Below are positions 18,881 to 26,255 of a stretch of DNA of 64,000 nt, piece after piece. The notes beneath the pieces are model-generated. The model was not told the origin of the DNA. It saw nothing but the letters and a program-made list of their open reading frames with translations, and searched no databases. A program made the position numbers and the translations under genes. How positions within the stretch are numbered: the first letter of the stretch is position 1; each line of letters begins with the position of its first letter. This stretch comes from Christensenellales bacterium. Its GTDB lineage: Bacteria; Bacillota; Clostridia; Christensenellales; UBA1431. Location of the stretch: assembly GCA_040772545.1 (NCBI GenBank), contig JAXGXY010000006.1, forward strand, positions 8,212 to 72,211, in the 5' to 3' direction.

Positions 18881-19159
18881 TCAGTCGCCCTGGGGAAGGA
18901 TCTTCTCAACGTCGGTGTGGGGACGGGGGATGACGTGTACGGATACGACCGTTCCGACCTTTTCGGCCGCTACGGCACCCGCGTCGGTGGCTGCCTTGAC
19001 GGCGCCAACGTCTCCCCTGACCATGACCGTCACAAGCCCGGAACCGATCTTTTCGTAGCCTACGAGCGCGACGTTCGCCGATTTGACCATGGCGTCCGCC
19101 GCTTCGATCGCACCTACGAGACCTTTGGTCTCAACCATGCCCAGCGCTTCCTTCGTCAT
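18881..19159 (-). CDS. pduA: BMC-H shell protein PduA
   Basis: The 92-aa product ([53 protein letters not shown]) is a canonical PduA/PduJ sequence. It is the first gene of the operon. Confidence 0.95.
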   Translation of the reverse strand: MTKEALGMVETKGLVGAIEAADAMVKSANVALVGYEKIGSGLVTVMVRGDVGAVKAATDAGAVAAEKVGTVVSVHVIPRPHTDVEKILPQGD

Positions 19160-19239
19160 ACGGTTAACCTCCTTAGAATTCTTCGAATCTGCGCTCCCTC
19201 GCAGTTTTGTTCGCGCACGAATCGGTAGCTATTGCACTC

Positions 19240-19297
19240 ATTATAGCTGCGGGTCTATTGCAATGTATTGGTTAGATGCTATACATTTTGTCGTTAT
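19240..19297 (-). promoter_or_regulatory. Candidate pdu operon promoter (perfect TATAAT) with upstream CGACAAAA site
   Basis: On the minus strand TATAAT lies at 19240-19245, about 80 nt upstream of the pduA ATG. The -35 is poor (ATACAT-like), suggesting activator dependence. ATAACGACAAAA lies at about -42 to -53. Confidence 0.4.
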
Positions 19298-19392
19298 CAG
19301 CAAACTTGACAATCGACAAAAACAACGGTTAGAATAAGGTGTTACTTTTTGTTGCAAGCACACATCGAGGTTTTTTCATCATAACGACAAAA
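19286..19392. repeat. Three copies of CGACAAAA, including an 11-bp perfect inverted repeat TTTGTCGTTAT / ATAACGACAAA
   Basis: The copies are TTTTGTCG at 19286-19293 (inverted), CGACAAAA at 19314-19321 and CGACAAAA at 19385-19392. The 11-mers at 19287-19297 and 19381-19391 are exact reverse complements. All lie in the divergent pduA / histidine-kinase intergenic region. Confidence 0.8.
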
Positions 19393-19429
19393 AAATCCCC
19401 CTACTTCGCCTGCTAAGGGAGAGAATCTT

Positions 19430-20659
19430 ATGAAAACCGTTATGCAAATCTCGGATTATATCGATCTCGACGTGCTACAAAGCATCCAGAACCACTTCAC
19501 CACGGCTACGAGCCTCGCCGCCGTCACTGTGGACTACCGAGGGGAGCCCATCACGGAATACAGCCGGTTTTCCACATTCTGCGTGAAGCTCCGCAAAAAG
19601 GACCGGTGCCGTGAACTCTGCTACGAATGCGATGCCCACGGCGGCCTGCAATCCGCCATAGCGATGCGGCCCTACATATATAAATGCCACGCGGGCCTCG
19701 TGGATTTCGCCGTGCCCATCATCGTATACGGGACGTACATAGGCGCGATGCTCTGCGGACAGGTACGCCTGCCGCCCGAGGACGAGGGGAAACTGAGCAA
19801 CATCATCGAAAGGAAGGTGGACTGGCTCGACGACCCCGAACTGGTCGCTGCCGCCGCCGACATTCCCACCATCTCCTATGATAAATTATTGGCCGCCGCC
19901 AACATGCTCTACGAAATCGCCAACTACCTCGTGCAAAGCAAAATCATCCACTACGACCGCGAAGAACTCAACCTGAAACAGCGCAAGCTCATAGAAGAGA
20001 CCCATAAACGCGTAGAACTGGAGAAAACGCTCAAGGAAATGGAATGGAAGACGCTCCAGCTCAACGTCAACCCCCATTTCCTCTTTAACGCACTGAATAC
20101 GGTCGGGCGCCTGGCTTTGCTGGAGAACGCGTCCAAGACGGAAGAGGCGATGTATGCCCTGGCCGAAATCATGCGTTATACCCAGCAGCGCAATACCATG
20201 GTCTCGCTCTCCGAAGAGATCGAGTTCGTGAAGAACTACCTCAAGGTACAGTCCATACGCTTCGGCGACAGGCTCCGGTATACCCTCGACATCCACGAGG
20301 ACCTGATGGGCCTGGAGTGCCCCTACAACACCATACAGCCGTTCCTCGAAAACTGCATCAACTACGTCGTCGAAAAAGAGCCGGAAGGAGGCGACATCAC
20401 GCTCAAGGCGCGCGCCGAAGGCAAAAATCTCGTAATCGAGATTGCCGACAACGGTAAGGGCATGGACAGCGCCCGTATCAAGCGCATCCTCGACGGAGCG
20501 GAGTACCTGCGCCAGAACGAGAGCGGTTTCGGGATCTACAGCGTATCGAGGCGTCTGAACCAGGCCTACGGCGGCAAAGCCTCACTTCATATCGAAAGCG
20601 TCGACGAGGGATTTGCTGGCACGCGCATCACCATCACCCTGCCCCTGAAGATGAGGTGA
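19430..20659 (+). CDS. Sensor histidine kinase with N-terminal PocR ligand-binding domain
   Basis: The N-terminal 170 aa or so are PocR-like (LQSIQNHF...VTVDYRGEPIT....FC........C..C....G....CHAGLVDFAVPI...G...G...CGQ). This is followed by a LytS/YesM-type His_kinase motif (NPHFLFNALN) and an HATPase_c domain (DNGKGM...GFG). Confidence 0.85.
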   Translation: MKTVMQISDYIDLDVLQSIQNHFTTATSLAAVTVDYRGEPITEYSRFSTFCVKLRKKDRCRELCYECDAHGGLQSAIAMRPYIYKCHAGLVDFAVPIIVYGTYIGAMLCGQVRLPPEDEGKLSNIIERKVDWLDDPELVAAAADIPTISYDKLLAAANMLYEIANYLVQSKIIHYDREELNLKQRKLIEETHKRVELEKTLKEMEWKTLQLNVNPHFLFNALNTVGRLALLENASKTEEAMYALAEIMRYTQQRNTMVSLSEEIEFVKNYLKVQSIRFGDRLRYTLDIHEDLMGLECPYNTIQPFLENCINYVVEKEPEGGDITLKARAEGKNLVIEIADNGKGMDSARIKRILDGAEYLRQNESGFGIYSVSRRLNQAYGGKASLHIESVDEGFAGTRITITLPLKMR

Positions 20660-20660
20660 C

Positions 20661-21707
20661 ATGCAAATGGCAAAGGTGCTTATCGTCGAAGACGAAGAAA
20701 TCGAGCGCATCGTACTAAGAAAGATCATAGTGGAAAATTTCCATGATATAGAACTCGTGGCCGAGGCGGTGAACGGCACCGACGCCATCGCCATCATCGA
20801 CGAAAACGCCTTCGACCTGGTCATCCTCGACATAAATATCCCCGGCATCAACGGGCTCGATGTGTGTGAGGCCCTCAAGACCAAGTATCCGGATACGGGC
20901 GTTGTCATCACCACGGCCTACAGCAAATTCGAATTCGCCTTCCGCGCCATCAAAATAAAGGTCAACGATTATCTTCTCAAGCCGGTCCGCCCGCAGAAAA
21001 TCATCGACTGCGTCAACTCCATAATGAATGACAGGCGCAATTCCGCGCCCGCCCCAAGCGACCAGTACCTGGAAAAACTGAGCATGCATATCAGGGAATA
21101 CTCCTACCGGGATACGGTCAAATGCCTGCGCGACACGCTTGTCGAAATATACGAGCGGTATACGGATCTAGGCACCATCTCCAGCATCGTTTCAAGGATC
21201 GCCAATAAAATCGCGGAGACTGCCATGCTGATGGGGCTGGACATCGAGACCAAGCACCAGTATCAGATCTACTACCTGAAGCAGCGGCTCGCCCCTTACG
21301 ACAACCGATCCGATATCTATTTCAAGCTCCTTTCCATGGTCAATGCCATTTTTGACGAACTGCTCCGTTCCAGCAAATTCAACAAGAACGATTTTAAATT
21401 CATCATCAATTATATAGAACGCAACATCGGCCAGAACATCACGCTCAACGACGTTGCGTCCCAGGCCAACATCAGCACCTACTACCTGAGCAAACTGTTC
21501 AAGCGGGAAATGGGCGTGAACTTCGTCGCCTATCTGGCCGACAGGCGGATAGAGCTGGCCAAGGATATGCTCCAACGAACCGAGATCCCCATTATGAACA
21601 TCGCCATGGAACTCTCTTTCAACGAACCCAACTATTTCAGCCGTGTTTTCAAAAAGAAGACCGGCTTTACCCCCTCGGAATACCGCGACCGGTCGAGGGA
21701 GATTTGA
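20661..21707 (+). CDS. Response regulator, CheY receiver plus AraC-type HTH output (YesN-like)
   Basis: The receiver is VLIVEDEE...DLVILDINIPGINGL...KP. The C-terminus is an AraC HTH (ISTYYLSKLFKREMG.NF..YL...R...A..ML......I..IA.E..F.EPNYFSRVFKK..G.TPSEYR). The gene starts 2 nt after the kinase stop. Confidence 0.9.
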   Translation: MQMAKVLIVEDEEIERIVLRKIIVENFHDIELVAEAVNGTDAIAIIDENAFDLVILDINIPGINGLDVCEALKTKYPDTGVVITTAYSKFEFAFRAIKIKVNDYLLKPVRPQKIIDCVNSIMNDRRNSAPAPSDQYLEKLSMHIREYSYRDTVKCLRDTLVEIYERYTDLGTISSIVSRIANKIAETAMLMGLDIETKHQYQIYYLKQRLAPYDNRSDIYFKLLSMVNAIFDELLRSSKFNKNDFKFIINYIERNIGQNITLNDVASQANISTYYLSKLFKREMGVNFVAYLADRRIELAKDMLQRTEIPIMNIAMELSFNEPNYFSRVFKKKTGFTPSEYRDRSREI

Positions 21708-21962
21708 ATCTAAAGGCTGATACGGCGCGCTTTCACTCCTTTCGTCCTTGCGACTGCCGCAAGCAGGGGCTGAAGAGGTTAACCCCTGCATATGCGGCAA
21801 CCGGCAGGTAGGGGTTTGGTGAAACCATGTATTGCATACAGGCGGGGGCAATCCCCAATAGGCGTGGGCATTAATCCCTCTTTCGCCTGCGAACGCGCTT
21901 CATAATGCCGAAGAGACACGGTTAACAGGGACTCTTTATTTCTCTGGTTACAAAGCCATAGA

Positions 21963-21996
21963 AAACCCTCTTGCGCACGCACATGCAAGAGGGTTT
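21963..21996 (-). terminator. Intrinsic-terminator-like hairpin of riboswitch A expression platform (also readable on plus strand)
   Basis: The minus-strand RNA reads AAACCCUCUUGC-auguggugc-like 10-nt loop-GCAAGAGGGUUU followed by UCUAU. On the plus strand the same stem is followed by UUUAUCG, about 255 nt after the response-regulator stop. Confidence 0.55.
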
Positions 21997-22051
21997 ATCG
22001 TAAAAGCCGAATTCCTGTTCCCGCCCTCCGCAGGCCGCACTGGTTTTCGAT

Positions 22052-22210
22052 ACCGGGCAGGCTTCCTGGCTCGGCTTCATCCTCGCCGGAAGCCTTCCCG
22101 TCCATCGGGACAGTGGCGTATTCTCCGGTCCGTCAGCCATACAGTAGCGGGGGCTGCAACGGATTCTCACCGTTTTTCCTATTATCCTGCGCCTTGGCAG
22201 GCACCCGTAT
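22052..22210 (-). promoter_or_regulatory. Cobalamin riboswitch A (orphan, antisense-facing)
   Basis: The reverse complement reads, in canonical order, GGTGCC..AATAGGAAA..GGTGAGAATCC..GCAGCCCCCGCTACTGTA..GCCACTG..GGGAAGG..AAGCCGAGCCAGGAAGCCTGCC (B12 box). It sits directly after the btuD-like stop. Confidence 0.85.
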
Positions 22211-22309
22211 CGCTGTATTCTGTTTTCCTGCATCTTACCATACAGCGATCCTGTGCGGAAAGATACATTTTTGTTCACGCCTGAAAATTTTTTTCTCCTG
22301 CTTGTCGGG

Positions 22310-23128
22310 TCATCCCCGCGCCGCCTCGCGGATCTCCACTCCGTTCGCCGCCGCGCCGTAACGGGGGAAAAGGCAGGGTTCCCCGGTCTGAGGATGCGGG
22401 ATCTTTATAAGGCGGACGCCGTATACCTCGTCCACCACTTCTCCCCTCAGTTGGGACGGGAACCCAAACGCGCGCAGACGGCCGCCGTCGAGCAGGGCGA
22501 TGTTGTCGCAGTAGTGAAGCGCGAGGTTGAGGTCGTGCAGTACGCACACGATCGTCATGCCGGTTCGAACCGCCGACGCGCGCATGAATTCCATGACCTC
22601 GAGCTGATAGCGGATATCCAGGCCGGTTATCGGCTCATCCAGCAGCAGCACGGGCGTTTGCTGGGCGAAGGCCCGCGCGACCACAACCCGCTGCCATTCG
22701 CCGCCGCTGAGCCGGGTAACGGGGCGGTCGGCCAAATGGGTGATGCCGCTGTGCGCCATGGATGCGCGCGCGATAGCCAGATCCTTATCGGATTCCCCCT
22801 GAAAGCGGCTCAGCCAGGGATGGCGTCCCATCAGCACCACGTCCAGCACGGTGAAATCGAAGTCCAGCCGCGAATTCTGCGGCACGAGCGCCACCAGCCG
22901 CGCCAGCTCCCTGGTCGAATAACTGCGTACGTCCTTTCCGTTTATCATGACGTTTCCCGATTTCGGGGCCAGCAACGCGTTGATCAGCCGAAGCAGCGTC
23001 GATTTCCCCGAACCGTTGGGCCCGATAATCCCGGTAACGGTGCCTTTTTGCATGGACAGGGTAACATCGAAGAGGACGTCCCTTCCGTTATAGGCAAAGC
23101 TCAGTCCATTGATCTTAATCAGCGCCAT
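22310..23128 (-). CDS. btuD: ABC transporter ATP-binding protein (BtuD/FepC type)
   Basis: Walker A is GPNGSGKST, the signature is LSGGEWQRV and Walker B is LLLDEP. It is the third gene of a cobalamin-riboswitch-led operon. Confidence 0.7.
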   Translation of the reverse strand: MALIKINGLSFAYNGRDVLFDVTLSMQKGTVTGIIGPNGSGKSTLLRLINALLAPKSGNVMINGKDVRSYSTRELARLVALVPQNSRLDFDFTVLDVVLMGRHPWLSRFQGESDKDLAIARASMAHSGITHLADRPVTRLSGGEWQRVVVARAFAQQTPVLLLDEPITGLDIRYQLEVMEFMRASAVRTGMTIVCVLHDLNLALHYCDNIALLDGGRLRAFGFPSQLRGEVVDEVYGVRLIKIPHPQTGEPCLFPRYGAAANGVEIREAARG

Positions 23129-23158
23129 GATTCTCTCCTTTTTCCGATCTGTCTACGG

Positions 23159-24190
23159 TCATACGCTGCTCCTTCGCAGAAGGTAGATGAAGAAGGGGCC
23201 TCCGAGCATGGCGGTCAGTATGCCGACCGGCAGTTCCAGGGGCGCGATGATGATGCGCGAAACCAGGTCTATCGCCAGCAGATACAGGCCGCCGCCGATG
23301 AAAGAAAACGGCAGCAGGACACGGTGGTCCGGTCCGATGACAAGGCGCATGGCGTGCGGCACCATCAGGCCCACGAAGCCGATGATCCCGCACGCCGACA
23401 CCGCGGCTGCGACGGCCAGCGAGGACGAGGCGATGAGGGTTTTGCGCACGCGGGGCACATGCACGCCCAGGCTCTGCGCTTCCTCGTCCCCCATGAGCAT
23501 CGCATTGAGGTCGCGCGTATAAAACATACAGACGCCGCATCCTATTATTACAAGCGGGATGCACCACACGGCCTTATGCCAGGACGCGTTACCGAAACTC
23601 CCCATCGTCCAGGAGATGATCCCCTCCAGCTTATCGTGGTTCATAGCCAGCAGGCCGTTCATGACCGCTGCCAAAAAGGAGCTGAGCGCGGTCCCGGCCA
23701 GCAGGAGGGACAGCATGCTCATGCGTCCTCTCACGCGGGACAACTGGTAGACCAGCAAAACCGTGACCAGGCTGAACCCGAAGGCAAAGACCGTGATGCT
23801 GCCCAGCCCCAGCAAGCTCGCGCCGCCGAAGACCAATGTCGCGACCGTTGCGCCCAGCCCCGCGCCCGACGATACGCCGAGGATACCGGGGTCCGCCATG
23901 GGGTTTTTGAAAACGCCCTGCATGCATGCGCCCGAAACGGCCAGCGCCGCGCCGACGAAGAAGGCCAGCAGCACCCGGGGCAGGCGGACCATCGTAATGA
24001 TGTTGTACGCCATGGTATCGCTGCTCGCGCGCCCGGTAATTATGTCGGCGAACACGGATACCGTGCGCTCGACGGATATCCCCGCGCTGCCCATCATGCA
24101 GGACAGGATCAGCAGCACGACGCTGAGGACTGCGATGACGGATACGGTGACGATGATCCGGCGCCTGCGGAGCGCAAACGTTTTTGCCAA
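23159..24190 (-). CDS. btuC: FecCD-family ABC permease (BtuC type)
   Basis: The 343-aa product is polytopic with FecCD-family features (RLPRVLLAFFVGAALA.SG...Q..F.NP.ADP.ILG.S.GA). Confidence 0.7.
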   Translation of the reverse strand: MAKTFALRRRRIIVTVSVIAVLSVVLLILSCMMGSAGISVERTVSVFADIITGRASSDTMAYNIITMVRLPRVLLAFFVGAALAVSGACMQGVFKNPMADPGILGVSSGAGLGATVATLVFGGASLLGLGSITVFAFGFSLVTVLLVYQLSRVRGRMSMLSLLLAGTALSSFLAAVMNGLLAMNHDKLEGIISWTMGSFGNASWHKAVWCIPLVIIGCGVCMFYTRDLNAMLMGDEEAQSLGVHVPRVRKTLIASSSLAVAAAVSACGIIGFVGLMVPHAMRLVIGPDHRVLLPFSFIGGGLYLLAIDLVSRIIIAPLELPVGILTAMLGGPFFIYLLRRSSV

Positions 24191-24227
24191 GCCGGTGTTC
24201 CCCCTTCAGTCAGACAGGCAGGCCCTT

Positions 24228-25088
24228 TTACTCGGCGGGATGCAGGAGCTTTGCCATACGCACCAGCGCATCGACGATACGTGGGGCGGCACGGCTGGAT
24301 GTGTCATAGTCGATGGCGTACACCCTGTCCTCCCGCACGGCGCGCAGCCCCTGGTAATTGGGCGACGCCTTGAAGTTCACGGCATCCTCCTTTGGGCCCG
24401 AGATCAGGATCACGTCGGGGTCGTCGGCAAAAATCTGTTCGCGCGTATAACTCGGCCAGGGGACCGAGATGTCCTTCGTAACGCAATCGGCGTGCGCCAT
24501 TTCGAGCATGTCGGTAATGAAGGACCCCTGCCCGACGGTGTAATCCCCCTGATCCCCGAAGCTTACGGCATAATACACCTTCGGGGTTTTGCCGTCGGCG
24601 GCTGCGATGGTTTCGGCCTCGGCTTCCTTTTCCCGCATGTCGGAAATCACCTGCGTCGCGTCCGCGCCGATGGTCCTGGCCGTCAGCTCGATGGCGTCAT
24701 AGATCCCTTCGTAAGAGGTCGCCTCGTTTACCACGACGTTCGCTCCCATGTCCTGGAGCTGCTTTACGGCATCCTCCTGTATCCCTTTGCCGGCGAATAT
24801 AACGTCCGGTTCCAGCGCCTGGATGGCCTCCAGGTTCGGGCCGCTGAAATCGCCCACCTTGGGCAGGTCATTGGCCCCGGCGGGATAATTGCTGTATAAA
24901 TCGACGCCGACCACCTTATCGCCCATGCCGAGCGCGTATACGATCTCGGTGGCGGCGGGGTGCAGGCAGACGATGCGCTCCACCTCTCCCCCGGCAACCG
25001 CCTCATCCTGATCCGGCGCCGCTTGCGAACATCCCATAAAAACCAGCGACAACAGCACAAGCCCCATCAGGCATGCGATCCGTTTCAT
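24228..25088 (-). CDS. btuF: Periplasmic-binding-protein-type lipoprotein (BtuF-like B12-binding component)
   Basis: ATG 25088 follows GGGAGGGA. The lipoprotein signal is MKRIACLMGLVLLSLVFMGCS. The class III SBP core (RIVCL.PAATEI.YALG..DKVVGV) is as in BtuF/FhuD. The ORF-track start at 25160 runs into the riboswitch platform. Confidence 0.7.
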   Translation of the reverse strand: MKRIACLMGLVLLSLVFMGCSQAAPDQDEAVAGGEVERIVCLHPAATEIVYALGMGDKVVGVDLYSNYPAGANDLPKVGDFSGPNLEAIQALEPDVIFAGKGIQEDAVKQLQDMGANVVVNEATSYEGIYDAIELTARTIGADATQVISDMREKEAEAETIAAADGKTPKVYYAVSFGDQGDYTVGQGSFITDMLEMAHADCVTKDISVPWPSYTREQIFADDPDVILISGPKEDAVNFKASPNYQGLRAVREDRVYAIDYDTSSRAAPRIVDALVRMAKLLHPAE

Positions 25089-25104
25089 AAATATCCCTCC
25101 CAAT

Positions 25105-25141
25105 ACAGAAAAATCCCTTTCGCATCGTACGTGCAAAAGGG
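25105..25141 (-). terminator. Terminator hairpin of riboswitch B expression platform
   Basis: The minus-strand RNA reads CCCUUUUGC-acguacgau-GCGAAAGGG followed by AUUUUUCU. It lies about 20 nt upstream of the btuF-like RBS. Confidence 0.7.
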
Positions 25142-25200
25142 TAAACGGCCAGTTTCTCATACTATCCCCACCCTCCGCGGGTCGTACATTTTATTGCGAA

Positions 25201-25352
25201 CGGGGCAGGCTTCCTGGCTCGGCTTCATCCTCGCCGGAGACCTTCCCATCCATAAGGACAGTGGTTCGCGCTCCGGTCTGTCAGCCATACAGTAGCGGGG
25301 GCTGCAACGTTTTTACGTTTTTCCTATTATCCTGCTTAAAGCAGGCACCCTT
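25201..25352 (-). promoter_or_regulatory. Cobalamin riboswitch B (leader of btuFCD-like operon)
   Basis: It has the same conserved blocks as riboswitch A (AATAGGAAA, GCAGCCCCCGCTACTGTA, ACCACTG, GGGAAGG, AGCCAGGAAGCCTGCC). It shares exact runs of 36, 30 and 20 nt with copy A. Confidence 0.9.
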
Positions 25353-25434
25353 GTTCGCGTATTTAGTTGTTGATTTATCTTATCACACAATCATTTCATG
25401 CGAAAGACATTAATTTGTCGTGCGCTGAAAGATT

Positions 25435-25865
25435 TCAGCCGTGTCCCAGTGCCGCGCGCAATTCCTCGAGGCCTTCGCCGGTGAAGGCGCTGACACAGTA
25501 GAATTCATCGACCCCGGCCATCATCAGCATCCTGCGCGCATAATCCACGTCGGCTTCCGGGTGGTCCACCTTGGTGATGATCCCAATGACGGGAATGGGA
25601 AAAAAATAGCGGAATCCGTTGATAAACACCGGCTGCGTATCGGTCGAACAGTGCACGAACGCGACGATGTCCGCCTCCGTGCCCGTCACCTGCAGGTGCC
25701 CGCGCGCATCCAGCGGTTCTCGCTGTACTCTCCGGGCGTGTCGATGTATTTGTCCAGGTATTCCACGGCCTGCGTCTTGCTGTAGTCGAGCGCCATACCC
25801 TCGAGCGCCTGTATCAGCGTGGTCTTCCCTGCGCCCGTGCGGCCGATGAGCATCACGCGTGCCAT
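25435..25865 (-). pseudogene. pduV: EutP/PduV-family GTPase, split by a frameshift
   Basis: ATG 25865 opens MARVMLIGRTGAGKTTLIQAL...IDTPGEYSENRWMRAGTCR*, with the stop at 25686-25688. The rest of the family sequence (TGTEADIVAFVH...GIITKVD...GEGLEEL) continues in another frame as ORF 25435..25689. The junction lies in a GCGCGCGGG run near 25695-25712. Confidence 0.7.
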
Positions 25866-25871
25866 ACAGGA

Positions 25872-26255
25872 CTACGACCGGGTGATGTCGGTCGGCGCAA
25901 AATCGAGTATTTCCTGCAGCGTGCTGATGACGGCGTTGAGCGCGGCTTCAACGCCGGCCACATTGCCCGTGATGACCACCGATCCGTTGAAGCGGTCGAG
26001 GAAACCAAGCTCGACGTCCGCAGCCTTGGCCGCGGTGTCGGCGGCGATGATCGCCCCCTCCGACGGGGTTATGGTCATGATGCCGATAGCGTCCTTGCCG
26101 TCGGCGCCAAGGCCCAGCTTTTTGAATATCGACGCCTTAGGATTGGAGATAAGATGCGCCAGCGTGATCTGCTTCCCCGGCACAAACTCCTGTATAAACC
26201 GAGGTTTTTCGGCGGTCGTGAGCCGGTTGCTTTCCCCAGCCATTAAAATCATCAC
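25872..26255 (-). CDS. EutS/PduU-type circularly permuted BMC shell protein
   Basis: The product ([21 protein letters not shown]....FKKLGL.....[51 protein letters not shown]) is near-textbook EutS/PduU. Confidence 0.9.
   Translation of the reverse strand: MMILMAGESNRLTTAEKPRFIQEFVPGKQITLAHLISNPKASIFKKLGLGADGKDAIGIMTITPSEGAIIAADTAAKAADVELGFLDRFNGSVVITGNVAGVEAALNAVISTLQEILDFAPTDITRS

Noticed and set aside
21795-21900. A second cobalamin-riboswitch-like stretch downstream of riboswitch A on the minus strand (AGAGGGA ... GCCCCCGCCTGTA ... ACCTGCCGG).
   Set aside because: Only fragments of the consensus are present. There is no GCCACTG block and no GGTG..AATCC segment. It could be a decayed duplicate or chance in GC-rich DNA, so I did not call it. 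It deserves a covariance-model check together with the antisense finding.
22253-24373. A 706-aa ORF on the plus strand spanning the btuD/btuC region.
   Set aside because: It is exactly antisense to two well-supported ABC transporter genes. The product is Arg/His/Gln/Gly-rich with no recognisable motif. This is a typical shadow ORF of high-GC coding DNA.
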